Under the pieces are notes generated by a model. The model saw only the letters and a list, made by a program, of their open reading frames with translations. It made no database searches and was not told where the DNA came from. A program made the position numbers and the translations under genes. Shown one piece after another: positions 50,658-59,750 of a DNA stretch of 64,000 bases; position 1 is the first letter of the stretch, and each line of letters opens with the position of its first letter. This DNA comes from Kiritimatiellia bacterium (lineage in GTDB: Bacteria; Verrucomicrobiota; Kiritimatiellia; RFP12; JBMNHG01). The DNA is taken from the NCBI GenBank assembly GCA_050950285.1, contig JBMNHG010000011.1, forward strand, positions 186,001 through 250,000, written 5' to 3'.

Positions 50658-52468
50658 CCCTAAACTGCGGGAGATTTGGCGCGAGGGCGTTTCGAAGGGC
50701 CGGGAGCACGGTTTGACGGCTGTCGGGAGGGGGATCGAAGGGTGCCGGCTCTCCGTCGACGCCCTGCTTGTTCCTTTTCCAGGCGTTTCCAGCCTTGGGG
50801 AGGGCGTCGGGCGCCCTTCCAGGCGAAATCCAGGCAGGCTCCGCCGCGGCCGGGCTGTCGCCCGTCCGTCCGGAGCCGTCCGGTTCCGGCTTTTGCCTCG
50901 CGCTACGTCGATTCGGTGGGCTGCACCCGGCAGGGGAACGCCTCGAGCAGCTCCAGGACGCGCTTCACCCACTCCTTCGGGGCGGCGAAGCGCAGGACGA
51001 TCTTGCGGCTGAGCCGCGAAAGGCGCGCGCCGGCCGTCAGCACGTGGAAGCGCACGCCGCGCACGCGCCGCACGCGGTTCTCCGGCTCCGGGTCGGCCGC
51101 CCGGAGCGCGGCGGCCATGTTGTAGGCCACCGCGTTGAGCGCGAACCAGGCCGCGTTGGCCCCGAACTTCTGGCTCGGCGGGCGGGCCGCCGCCAGGTCG
51201 TTCTTCATTTCGTCGTGGACGTGCTCGACCGTGCCCGCCTTCCCGCGGTGCCATTCGACGACCTTTTCGCCCGACTCCGCCCGGTTGGTCGCCACGGCGA
51301 AGTGCTTGCGGTCGTTCCCGTCGTCGAAGAGCTCGCCCTGGGGCTTGAGGAAGCGGAGCCCGATGCAGCGCCGGGGGCGCGCATGCTTGTTCTCGGAGCG
51401 CAGGCCGGGGACGTAGTCGAGCTCGGCCCACTGCTTGAGCGTGCCGTCCGGTTCGCGGTCGAACGTCTTCCACGCATCTTCGGGGACGCGGCGCGCGGCG
51501 GCCGCCACTTCCGGGACCATCCGGACGCTGATCGCGTAGTCGATCCTGCCCCGCGGGCCGCCCTCGCGCTCCGGATCCTCGAGCCAGCCGTACAGGTCGT
51601 TGTTGTCGCAGGCGCTGTCGCCGCGAAAGCCGAACACGCGCACGCTCGGGGGGAGTTCGGCGAACGCCAGGCGCGCGCAGCGGAGGGGGTCCTTGGAGGC
51701 GGGCACGTTGCCGTCGCGGAACTCGGTGGCCAGCACCACGCCCGCCTCGGCCCAGACCGCGACCACCGGCTGGTAGCCCCGCTCCCCCGTGTAGGCGACC
51801 GTCGCCGAGCGCTTGTTGCTCTCCACGATCGTCGCGTCCAGGTCGACCGTCGCCACCGCGGGGCTCCCCCCGGGCTGGCGCGCCGCCGCGGCGCGCGCCG
51901 AAACCCCCACGACCGCCTGCAGGCCGCGAAGCCCCTCCGTGGGCTCGGGCACGCTCGACTTCAAGTCCAGCTCGAGCGCCCGCTCCCGCGCCCGCGCCAC
52001 CGCCTCCGCGTCGTGGAAGCGCTCGAGCCAGTCGCGAAGGGCGCGGGAGCCCGGCGCCTGGAAGCCCAGCATCTTCGACACCGCCGGATCCCCGCGCAGC
52101 CGGTCCACGTCCTCCACGCATCCCGCGCCGAGCATCAGCGCGCACGCCGCCGACTCGACGAACTCGCCCGCCGTGAAGCCGAGCCTGATGCGGCGCAGGG
52201 CGCCGAGGTTCGCGTCGCACGCCCCGGGAAGCCCCATGCCGCGGAAGACGCGGGAGGCCACCGCCATGCCGCCAAGGCCGGTCACGGTGCCGGGAACGGG
52301 GTCCGGGGAGATTTCGTAGGGGATTTTCCATTGGGTAGGGGTTTTCGGTCTCATGGGCGCATATTCTATCAAGACAGCCTTGATGAAACAAGCGGGAAAT
52401 TATCGCCGTTTTCCCGCTCCATTCCAGCACTTCGGAGACCCTCGCAAAAAATCTCCCGCAAAACAGGG
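50658..52468 (-). mobile_element. IS1380-family insertion sequence, complete (1811 bp)
   Basis: TIRs CCCTAAACTGCGGGAGATTTGGCGCGAGGG and CCCTGTTTTGCGGGAGATTTTTTGCGAGGG (23/30 match); 5-bp TSD AAAAT at 50653-50657 and 52469-52473. Confidence 0.9.
50903..52354 (-). CDS. IS1380-family DDE transposase
   Basis: TVDLDAT, YTGERGYQP, FRDGN, FRGDSA and WHRGKAGTVE...KNDL...FGANAAW motifs. Start is 52354 or 52372. Confidence 0.9.
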   Translation of the reverse strand: MRPKTPTQWKIPYEISPDPVPGTVTGLGGMAVASRVFRGMGLPGACDANLGALRRIRLGFTAGEFVESAACALMLGAGCVEDVDRLRGDPAVSKMLGFQAPGSRALRDWLERFHDAEAVARARERALELDLKSSVPEPTEGLRGLQAVVGVSARAAAARQPGGSPAVATVDLDATIVESNKRSATVAYTGERGYQPVVAVWAEAGVVLATEFRDGNVPASKDPLRCARLAFAELPPSVRVFGFRGDSACDNNDLYGWLEDPEREGGPRGRIDYAISVRMVPEVAAAARRVPEDAWKTFDREPDGTLKQWAELDYVPGLRSENKHARPRRCIGLRFLKPQGELFDDGNDRKHFAVATNRAESGEKVVEWHRGKAGTVEHVHDEMKNDLAAARPPSQKFGANAAWFALNAVAYNMAAALRAADPEPENRVRRVRGVRFHVLTAGARLSRLSRKIVLRFAAPKEWVKRVLELLEAFPCRVQPTEST

Positions 52469-52597
52469 AAAATGCCGGTGCACCCCCCCGCGGATTCTTG
52501 CGAAGTGCCGAATTTTTCATCCGGAATCGCCCGCGGCCCATTACAGGCGAATCGCGTGAAGAACGGCAATCCGGAAAGGACAGGCTCAAAGCCGGCG

Positions 52598-53011
52598 CTA
52601 TTCGCCCAATATGTCCCAGAATGCATCCCATTCTTGGCCTAGGGATTCAATAGCCTTGTCCATCGCATCAAGTTCTCCTCTGAAAGCATCGACACATTTT
52701 TGTGAACAAAAATAAAGATCACCCAGGTTGTACGGGGTGAGGGGAGGGTTGTCGTTCCGTATGATTTGCTCGGCTGCGCCGTACGAGCTTGCTCCGCCGA
52801 GGTATCGACCCGATGTGGAGGAGCCCCGCCAGACATAGCAGGTTCCGTCCCAATCGTCTTGTTGAACATAGTAACATTGGGTCATTTGCCTCCCGCAAGA
52901 CGGGCACTCCCGCCCCCATACCGACAGGTGCGAGGTCGTCGCGCAAGATGTCAGGAGCATTGCGGCGGTTGCCGTTGCCAACAACGTGCGAGCGAATTGG
53001 AACGCTTTCAT
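52598..53011 (-). CDS. Orphan Cys-rich lipoprotein, AT-richer
   Basis: MKAFQFARTLLATATAAMLLTSC lipobox; CPSC...C...FCSQKC. Confidence 0.65.
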   Translation of the reverse strand: MKAFQFARTLLATATAAMLLTSCATTSHLSVWGRECPSCGRQMTQCYYVQQDDWDGTCYVWRGSSTSGRYLGGASSYGAAEQIIRNDNPPLTPYNLGDLYFCSQKCVDAFRGELDAMDKAIESLGQEWDAFWDILGE

Positions 53012-53123
53012 CTGGCTTCCCCGATTTTCTTTCATGTGGAACGACGACAGGGTTGATAGGATGACGAATTATTCCCCCCCGCCAGCAGCAGGGGTGTCGC
53101 GCTGGCTGCTGGCTGACAAGCCC

Positions 53124-55129
53124 CGTATAAACGGTTCTTCCCGGAACGCCGCCCACATTGCCAACACGCCAACTGCGGTAGCCATCCCTGCCGATCCTCC
53201 AGCCCGCCGGGGACGGCGGTCCCCAGGGGCGGATCGGGAAGGTCGGACTCTGTCCCGACCGGTTTGCGCAAGGGGTTTTGCAAGCGTCCCAATGAATACT
53301 AACCCGGCCACAATTCATGCTGCAAAACAGGGGAACGGGTTTTCCAACCCATGACACGGACAGGAATGTCCGTGCCCCTTTCCCAACTCCAAATTCCAGC
53401 TCCTCATGCCTGAATCTCCGTGAGCAGCGCGATTTGTGGCCGAGTTAGTAACGACAACGATTTTTTCGTGAACGCGAACGCTTGCCGCTCCGCTGGGTAC
53501 GGATGCGGCGAAGGGCGGATGGCGAACGGCCGCGCCGGGACGGCGGGCTCCAGCGTTGCGGCGGCAGGTTCGCCCATCGTGGGCCGGGGCGCTGGGGACT
53601 GCGGTCTCCGCGGGCAATGGATTTCAAAGCCCTGCAAGGGCGGCGTATACCAGCCCTGGGCAACGCCCGGGGATTGAACGATCGTATAAACGGTTCTTCC
53701 CGGAACGCCGCCCACATTGCCAACACGCCAACTGCGGTAGCCACCCCTGCCGATCCTCCAGCCCGCCGGGGACGGCGGTCCCCAGGGGCGGATCGGGAGG
53801 GTCGGGCTCTGTCCCGACCGGTTTGCGCAAGGGGTTTTGCAAGCGTCCCAATGAATACTAACCCGGCCACAATTCATGCTGCAAAACAGGGGAACGGGTT
53901 TTCCAACCCGTGACACGGACAGGAATGTCCGTGCCCCTTTCCCAACTCCAAATTCCAGCTCCTCATGCCTGAATCTCCGTGAGCAGCGCGATTTGTGGCC
54001 GAGTTAGTAACGACAACGATTTTTTCGTGAACGCGAACGCTTGCCGCTCCGCTGGGTACGGATGCGGCGAAGGGCGGATGGCGAACGGCCGCGCCGGGAC
54101 GGCGGGCTCCAGCGTTGCGGCGGCAGGTTCGCCCATCGTGGGCCGGGGCGCTGGGGACTGCGGTCTCCGCGGGCAATGGATTTCAAAGCCCTGCAAGGGC
54201 GGCGCATACCAGCCCTGGGCAACGCCCGGGGATTGAACGATCGTATAAGCGGTTCTTCCCGGAACGCCACCCACATTGCCAACACGCCAACTGCGGTAGC
54301 CATCCCTGCCGATCCTCCAGCCCGCCGGGGACGGCGGTCCCCAGGGGCGGATCGGGAGGGTCGGGCTCTGTCCCGACCGGTTTGCGCAAGGGGTTTTGCA
54401 AGCGTCCCAATGAATACTAACCCGGCCACAATTCATGCTGCAAAACAGGGGAACGGGTTTTCCAACCCGTGACACGGACAGGAATGTCCGTGCCCCTTTC
54501 CCAACTCCAAATTCCAGCTCCTCATGCCTGAATCTCCGTGAGCAGCGCGATTTGTGGCCGAGTTAGTAACGACAACGATTTTTTCGTGAACGCGAACGCT
54601 TGCCGCTCCGCTGGGTACGGATGCGGCGAAGGGCGGATGGCGAACGGCCGCGCCGGGACGGCGGGCTCCAGCGTTGCGGCGGCAGGTTCGCCCATCGTGG
54701 GCCGGGGCGCTGGGGACTGCGGTCTCCGCGGGCAATGGATTTCAAAGCCCTGCAAGGGCGGCGCATACCAGCCCTGGGCAACGCCCGGGGATTGAACGAT
54801 CGTATAAACGGTTCTTCCCGGAACGCCACCCACATTGCCAACACGCCAACTGCGGTAGCCATCCCTGCCGATCCTCCAGCCCGCCGGGGACGGCGGTCCC
54901 CAGGGGCGGATCGGGAGGGTCGGGCTCTGTCCCGACCGGTTTGCGCAAGGGGTTTTGCAAGCGTCCCAATGAATACTAACCCGGCCACAATTCATGCTGC
55001 AAAACAGGGGAACGGGTTTTCCAACCCGTGACACGGACAGGAATGTCCGTGCCCCTTTCCCAATTCCAAATTCCAGCTCCTCATGCCTGAATCTCCGTGA
55101 GCAGCGCGATTTGTGGCCGAGTTAGTAAC
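53124..55129. repeat. Tandem array of 559-bp units (3 complete plus about 0.6), REP/MITE mosaic
   Basis: Units start CGTATAAACGGTTC at 53124, 53683, 54242 and 54801 and differ by only a few substitutions. Confidence 0.95.
53297..53450. mobile_element. 154-bp MITE-like element (copy 1; further copies at 53856-54009, 54415-54568, 54974-55127)
   Basis: 27-bp TIRs TACTAACCCGGCCACAATTCATGCTGC and TACTAACTCGGCCACAAATCGCGCTGC (23/27) enclose an inverted REP-like doublet. Confidence 0.6.
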
Positions 55130-55322
55130 ACCGCCTGCGACGTCGAGGATGCCGGTTGCCGTCGGTTGCCGGCGGCATGCGGGCGGCCTCGTCGTCCGGG
55201 CGCCCGCCGCTTCGAGGGAAGCGCCTGGATCGCGTGCTTCCGCGACAGCCCCGTCGGCCCGAAGCCCCGGCCAGGGCCGAGTCCTGTTTTGTTTTCATCT
55301 CGGCATCGCGACAGCAAAGGCA

Positions 55323-55351
55323 TTGCTGTCGGACGGGCGGTTTGCTATCCT
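55323..55351 (+). promoter_or_regulatory. sigma70-type promoter of mcsA-mcsB-clpC
   Basis: TTGCTG-17 nt-TATCCT with a TG extension. Confidence 0.55.
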
Positions 55352-55366
55352 TGTTCCCTTCTACCC

Positions 55367-55963
55367 ATGAAATGCGAAATCTGTCATGAGCGCAACGCTT
55401 CCGTCGCCATTCACAAGACGGTGGACGGCAAGGATTGCGAGTTGTACGTTTGCGCGGGGTGCGCGAAGCGGGAAGGGGCGCCTTCGGACGCCTCTCGTCC
55501 CGGCGTGGAGATTTCCGGCGAGTCCGCCGCCCCGTCGGCCGCCTCCATGGAGGCCCTCGAGGAAAAACTTTCCGGGCTGTTGTTCCATGCCATCTTCGAC
55601 GCTGTCGGCGGAGACCTTGCCGCGATGTCCGACATCCATTGCCCGAAATGCGGGCTCACCCGCGTGCAATACCGCAAGGAAGGGCGTCTCGGTTGTCCTG
55701 CCTGCTATCGCGCCTTCGGGGCGGAATTTGCGTCCATGATCCAGGGGATGCATCGCGGCACGGTTCACGTCGGGAAGATCCCCGCCTCCGTGTCGTGCAA
55801 GCGCGAGGCGGATCGCGTGGCCGCGAAATTGCGGCTTGCCGTGAAAGAGCAGCGCTACGAGGATGCCGCCCGCCTGCGCGACCGGCTCCGCCAATTGCGC
55901 CCTGACGCGAAAGAACTCCGCGACAACGGGGACGACGCCCCGCAGGGGGGAGGGGCGTTTTGA
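55367..55963 (+). CDS. mcsA: Protein-arginine kinase activator McsA
   Basis: Four CxxC motifs (CEIC, CAGC, CPKC, GRLGCPACY), HVGKIP and a C-terminal UVR motif (YEDAARLRDRL). Confidence 0.92.
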   Translation: MKCEICHERNASVAIHKTVDGKDCELYVCAGCAKREGAPSDASRPGVEISGESAAPSAASMEALEEKLSGLLFHAIFDAVGGDLAAMSDIHCPKCGLTRVQYRKEGRLGCPACYRAFGAEFASMIQGMHRGTVHVGKIPASVSCKREADRVAAKLRLAVKEQRYEDAARLRDRLRQLRPDAKELRDNGDDAPQGGGAF

Positions 55964-57021
55964 GCCGCAACCCGAAAACATTCCGCCGCCCTGCCGCGAA
56001 GTCCGCCCCCGAGGCGGACGTGGCGGTCTCCTGCCGCGTGCGTCTTGCGCGCAATCTGGCGGGCCACCGCTTCCCCGATTGGGCCGGCGATTCCGAGCGC
56101 GAGAAGATCCGCCAGCGGCTCGAGAAGGCCGTGATGGCGACGCCGGCCTTCCGGAAGGGTGTTTCGATGGCGGTCGAGCAGATGGACGACCTGATGCTGG
56201 AGGAGCTTTGGGAACGCCGGCTGATCAGTCGCGACCTGATGGATTGCGGCGCGGGTTCCGGCGTGGCGATTTCCCGGGACGCCACCCTTTCCGTGATGTT
56301 CAACGAGGAGGACCACCTCCGCATCCAGGTGCTCCGGCCCGGAATGGACGTGAAGCGCGCCTGGGAACTGGCGGACCAGGTGGACACGCAGATCGAGCGG
56401 AACGTGCGCTACGCCTTCGACGAGACGCTCGGCTACCTCACCTCCTGTCCGAGCAATCTCGGCACCGCGCTGCGCGCGAGCGTGATGCTCCATCTGCCCG
56501 GGCTCCATTACGAAGGCGACCTCCAGGCCGTGTTCCGCGCCTTGGACGCCTTGCGCGTGGAGGTCCGGGGCATGGGCGGCGAGGGGTCCGAATCCGTCGG
56601 CACCCTCGTGCAGGTCTCGAACCAGGGGACGTTGGGGCTCGACGAACCGTCCGTCGTCTCCGGACTGCTTCGCATCGTCGACGAGACCGTTCGGCAGGAG
56701 CGCTTCGCCCGGCGGCGTCTCCTGCGCGACAGGCCGCTTGTCGCCCTCGACTATGTGGCCCGGTCGCTCGCGATGCTCAAGAATGCCCGTATCATGGGCT
56801 TCGAGGAGGCCGTCTCCTTCCTCTACGCCTTGCAACTCGGCCTCGAATGGGGCATGCTCGACGGGATCGACCGGAAGACGCTCGACACCCTTGTCGAGGA
56901 TATGCAGCTCGGTTTCCTGCGGCGCTCCGCCGACGGCGTCGTTCCCGATCCATTCCATTTCGCCGCGTTTCGTTGCGTCCTGTTGGGCGAGCAACTTTCC
57001 AACGTTGAACTTCGTTCTTGA
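55960..57021 (+). CDS. mcsB: Protein-arginine kinase McsB
   Basis: SCRVRLARNL, NEEDHLRIQ, GYLTSCPSNLGTALRASVMLHLPGL and QVSNQGTLG motifs. Confidence 0.93.
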   Translation: MSRNPKTFRRPAAKSAPEADVAVSCRVRLARNLAGHRFPDWAGDSEREKIRQRLEKAVMATPAFRKGVSMAVEQMDDLMLEELWERRLISRDLMDCGAGSGVAISRDATLSVMFNEEDHLRIQVLRPGMDVKRAWELADQVDTQIERNVRYAFDETLGYLTSCPSNLGTALRASVMLHLPGLHYEGDLQAVFRALDALRVEVRGMGGEGSESVGTLVQVSNQGTLGLDEPSVVSGLLRIVDETVRQERFARRRLLRDRPLVALDYVARSLAMLKNARIMGFEEAVSFLYALQLGLEWGMLDGIDRKTLDTLVEDMQLGFLRRSADGVVPDPFHFAAFRCVLLGEQLSNVELRS

Positions 57022-57067
57022 ACCCGCTTTTCGCCCTGATTTTCCATCTCCAACCGATTTTCGACTT

Positions 57068-59698
57068 ATGAGCGACATTTTCGAATCTTTCACTCCGCGC
57101 GCGGTGCGTGCGATTCGTCTGGCGGCCCGCGAGGCCGAGCGTTTCAACCACAGCCACATCGGCACGGAACACCTGCTGCTTGGGCTCGTAGGCCTTGGCG
57201 AAGGGGTGGCCGTAGATGTGCTGGAAGGCATGGGCATCGGCATCGAGGACATCCGTCTTGCGATCGAAAAGATGGTGGGGCAGAGCGACGGCACCGTGAA
57301 AACCATCCGTCGGTTCCCCTTCACGCCGCGCACTCGCAAGGTCTTCGAGCTGGCGAAAGAGGAGGCCAAGGGAATGCGGAGCGAAGTGGTCGGCACCGAG
57401 CATCTGCTTGTCGCGCTCCTTCGCGAAGGGGAGGGCGTGGCCGCGCGCGTGCTGTCTTCGCTCGGCCTGGACCTCGGCGAACTTCGCGCCGCCGTGAAGC
57501 GCTATCTCGACGAGAATTTCCCCGCCGTGGCCGGCGAGGACGACGGGGAGGACGAGCCGTTTATCCCCGGCATGGAAGCGGCCGGCTCGATGGAGGACAT
57601 GCCGCTGGACGAGGCGGACGAAGGGATGGATTCCGGCGGCATCCCCCCGGGCGATGCTCCCGGCGACGTCTCCCCGGGCAGGCCTGCCGACCTGGCGGCT
57701 CCCCGGCAGATCCGCACGCCCGCGTTGAACGCCTTCGGCCGCGATCTCACCGAACTCGCCCGCCGCGGCGAGCTCGATCCCGTGGTGGGGCGCCAGAAAG
57801 AGCTCGAGCGCGTGGTGCAGATCCTCTGCCGCCGCACCAAGAACAATCCGGCCCTCCTCGGCGAGGCGGGCGTGGGCAAGACGGCGGTGGTCGAAGGCCT
57901 CGCCCAGGCCATCGTCGCCGGCGACGTGCCCGAGCGGATGCTCGGCAAGAAGGTGATCGCCCTCGACCTCGCGCTGATGGTGGCCGGCACCAAGTACAGG
58001 GGCCAGTTCGAAGAGCGCATCAAGGCGGTGATGGACGAAATCCGCCGCGCCGGGAACATCATCCTCTTCATCGACGAGCTCCACTCCATCGTGAGCGCCG
58101 GCAGCGCGGACGGCGCGCTGGACGCCGCGAACATCATCAAGCCCGCCCTGGCGCGCGGCGAGCTCCAGTGCGTGGGCGCGACCACCCTCGCCGAATACCG
58201 GAAGTTCATCGAGAAGGATTCCGCCCTGGAACGCCGTTTCCAGAGCGTGCGCGTGGAGGAGCCCTCCATCGAGGAAACCATTGAAATCCTCCGTGGCGTG
58301 AGCGTGCGCTACGCCGAACACCACAAGGTCGTCTACGACGACGACGCCCTCGAAGCCGCGGCCCGCCTCACCGCCCGCTACCAGCCCGGGCGCTTCCTGC
58401 CGGACAAGGCCATCGACGCCATCGACGAAACCGGGGCCCGCGTGCGCATCCGGTCCGGCGCCCGGCCGCCCGACTTGCGCGAGAGCGAGGCGAAGATCCG
58501 CAGCATCACGCGGCGCAAGGACGAAGCGATCCGCGACCAGGATTTCGAGACCGCCGCCGTCCTCCGCGACGAGGAGCGGCAGGCCAAGGAGGCCCTCGAA
58601 GCCGTCCTTGCGGCCTGGCGGAAGGAGCACGAGGTCGTCGAGGTGCGCGTGACCGCCGACGACGTCGCCGCCACCGTGGCGCGCGTCACCGGCGTCCCGG
58701 TCGAGCGGATGAGCGAAGGCGAGCGCACCCGCCTCCTCGGGATGGAGGACGACCTCTCCGCCGCCGTGATCGGGCAGAGGCCCGCCATCGAGACCATCAC
58801 CCGCGCGCTGCGCCGTTCGCGCGTCGGGCTCAAGGATCCGCAGCGCCCCATCGGCTCGTTCATCTTCCTCGGACCCACCGGCGTGGGGAAGACCCTCCTC
58901 GCGAAAAAGCTCGCCGAGCGCATGTTCGGCGACGAGAAGGCCCTCATCCAGATCGACATGTCGGAGTACATGGAGAAGTTCAACACCTCGCGCCTGGTCG
59001 GTTCGCCTCCCGGCTACGTCGGCCACGAGGAGGGCGGGCAGCTTACGGAACGCGTTCGCCGCCGTCCGTACTCGGTGGTGCTTTTCGACGAAGTCGAGAA
59101 GGCCCATCCCGACGTCCTCCACACGTTGCTGCAGATCCTCGAAGAGGGGCGTCTCACCGACGGCCAGGGCCGCTGGGTGGACTTCCGGAACACCATCGTG
59201 ATCCTCACCTCGAACCTGGGCTTCGACTTCACCCGCAACACGAGCCTTGGCTTCGGGGGCGGCGCCTCCGGGGCTCAGGAGTACGAACGGCTCAAGCAGC
59301 AGCTCATGACCACCGCCAAGCAGATCTTCAAGCCCGAGCTCCTCAACCGGTTCGACGACGTGGTGGTCTTCCGCCAGCTCGATCGCGACGACGTCGGGAA
59401 GATCCTCGATCTCGAGGTCGGGAAGGTCGCCGCCCGCCTGGCGGAGAAGGGGGTCGCGCTCGAACTCTCGCCTTCCGCCCTGAAGTTCCTCGTGGACAAG
59501 GGATACGATCCCGCCCTGGGCGCCCGCCCGCTGCGGCGCGCCGTGGAACGCCACCTCGAGGATCCGCTTGCCGAGAAGTTCCTCCGCGACGGCATCTCCG
59601 GCACCTTCGTGGCCGAGGCCGAGGGCGACCGGCTGGTCTTCACGCCCAAGAAAAAACCGCGTTCCCGCAAAGCCGAGAAAGAAGACGTTCTCGTCTGA
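57068..59698 (+). CDS. clpC: ATP-dependent Clp protease ATPase subunit ClpC
   Basis: Two Clp-N repeats (GTEHLL), [11 protein letters not shown]-type M domain, GPTGVGKT and the LGF ClpP-docking loop. Confidence 0.95.
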   Translation: MSDIFESFTPRAVRAIRLAAREAERFNHSHIGTEHLLLGLVGLGEGVAVDVLEGMGIGIEDIRLAIEKMVGQSDGTVKTIRRFPFTPRTRKVFELAKEEAKGMRSEVVGTEHLLVALLREGEGVAARVLSSLGLDLGELRAAVKRYLDENFPAVAGEDDGEDEPFIPGMEAAGSMEDMPLDEADEGMDSGGIPPGDAPGDVSPGRPADLAAPRQIRTPALNAFGRDLTELARRGELDPVVGRQKELERVVQILCRRTKNNPALLGEAGVGKTAVVEGLAQAIVAGDVPERMLGKKVIALDLALMVAGTKYRGQFEERIKAVMDEIRRAGNIILFIDELHSIVSAGSADGALDAANIIKPALARGELQCVGATTLAEYRKFIEKDSALERRFQSVRVEEPSIEETIEILRGVSVRYAEHHKVVYDDDALEAAARLTARYQPGRFLPDKAIDAIDETGARVRIRSGARPPDLRESEAKIRSITRRKDEAIRDQDFETAAVLRDEERQAKEALEAVLAAWRKEHEVVEVRVTADDVAATVARVTGVPVERMSEGERTRLLGMEDDLSAAVIGQRPAIETITRALRRSRVGLKDPQRPIGSFIFLGPTGVGKTLLAKKLAERMFGDEKALIQIDMSEYMEKFNTSRLVGSPPGYVGHEEGGQLTERVRRRPYSVVLFDEVEKAHPDVLHTLLQILEEGRLTDGQGRWVDFRNTIVILTSNLGFDFTRNTSLGFGGGASGAQEYERLKQQLMTTAKQIFKPELLNRFDDVVVFRQLDRDDVGKILDLEVGKVAARLAEKGVALELSPSALKFLVDKGYDPALGARPLRRAVERHLEDPLAEKFLRDGISGTFVAEAEGDRLVFTPKKKPRSRKAEKEDVLV

Positions 59699-59750
59699 TC
59701 CTTTCCCGATCCCCTCCCGGTACACCTCGAAACCCCAAGGACCTTCCGTC

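Noticed and set aside
52598..52645. CCTAGGG near 52638-52644 as the IS1380 left end
   Set aside because: A far better TIR with a matching AAAAT TSD defines the end at 52468.
53297..53450. Integron attC site (CTAAC...GTTAG ends)
   Set aside because: The arms pair co-linearly, without the unpaired R-L spacer or extrahelical bases. The ends deviate from RYYYAAC/GTTRRRY, there are no cassette ORFs between sites, and there is no intI in the window.
53315..55034. Repeated 75-170 aa ORFs within the array
   Set aside because: No recognisable motifs, they overlap on both strands and cross unit junctions; they are a by-product of the repeat.
53124..55129. CRISPR array
   Set aside because: Units are 559 bp and near-identical throughout; there are no unique spacers and no cas genes.
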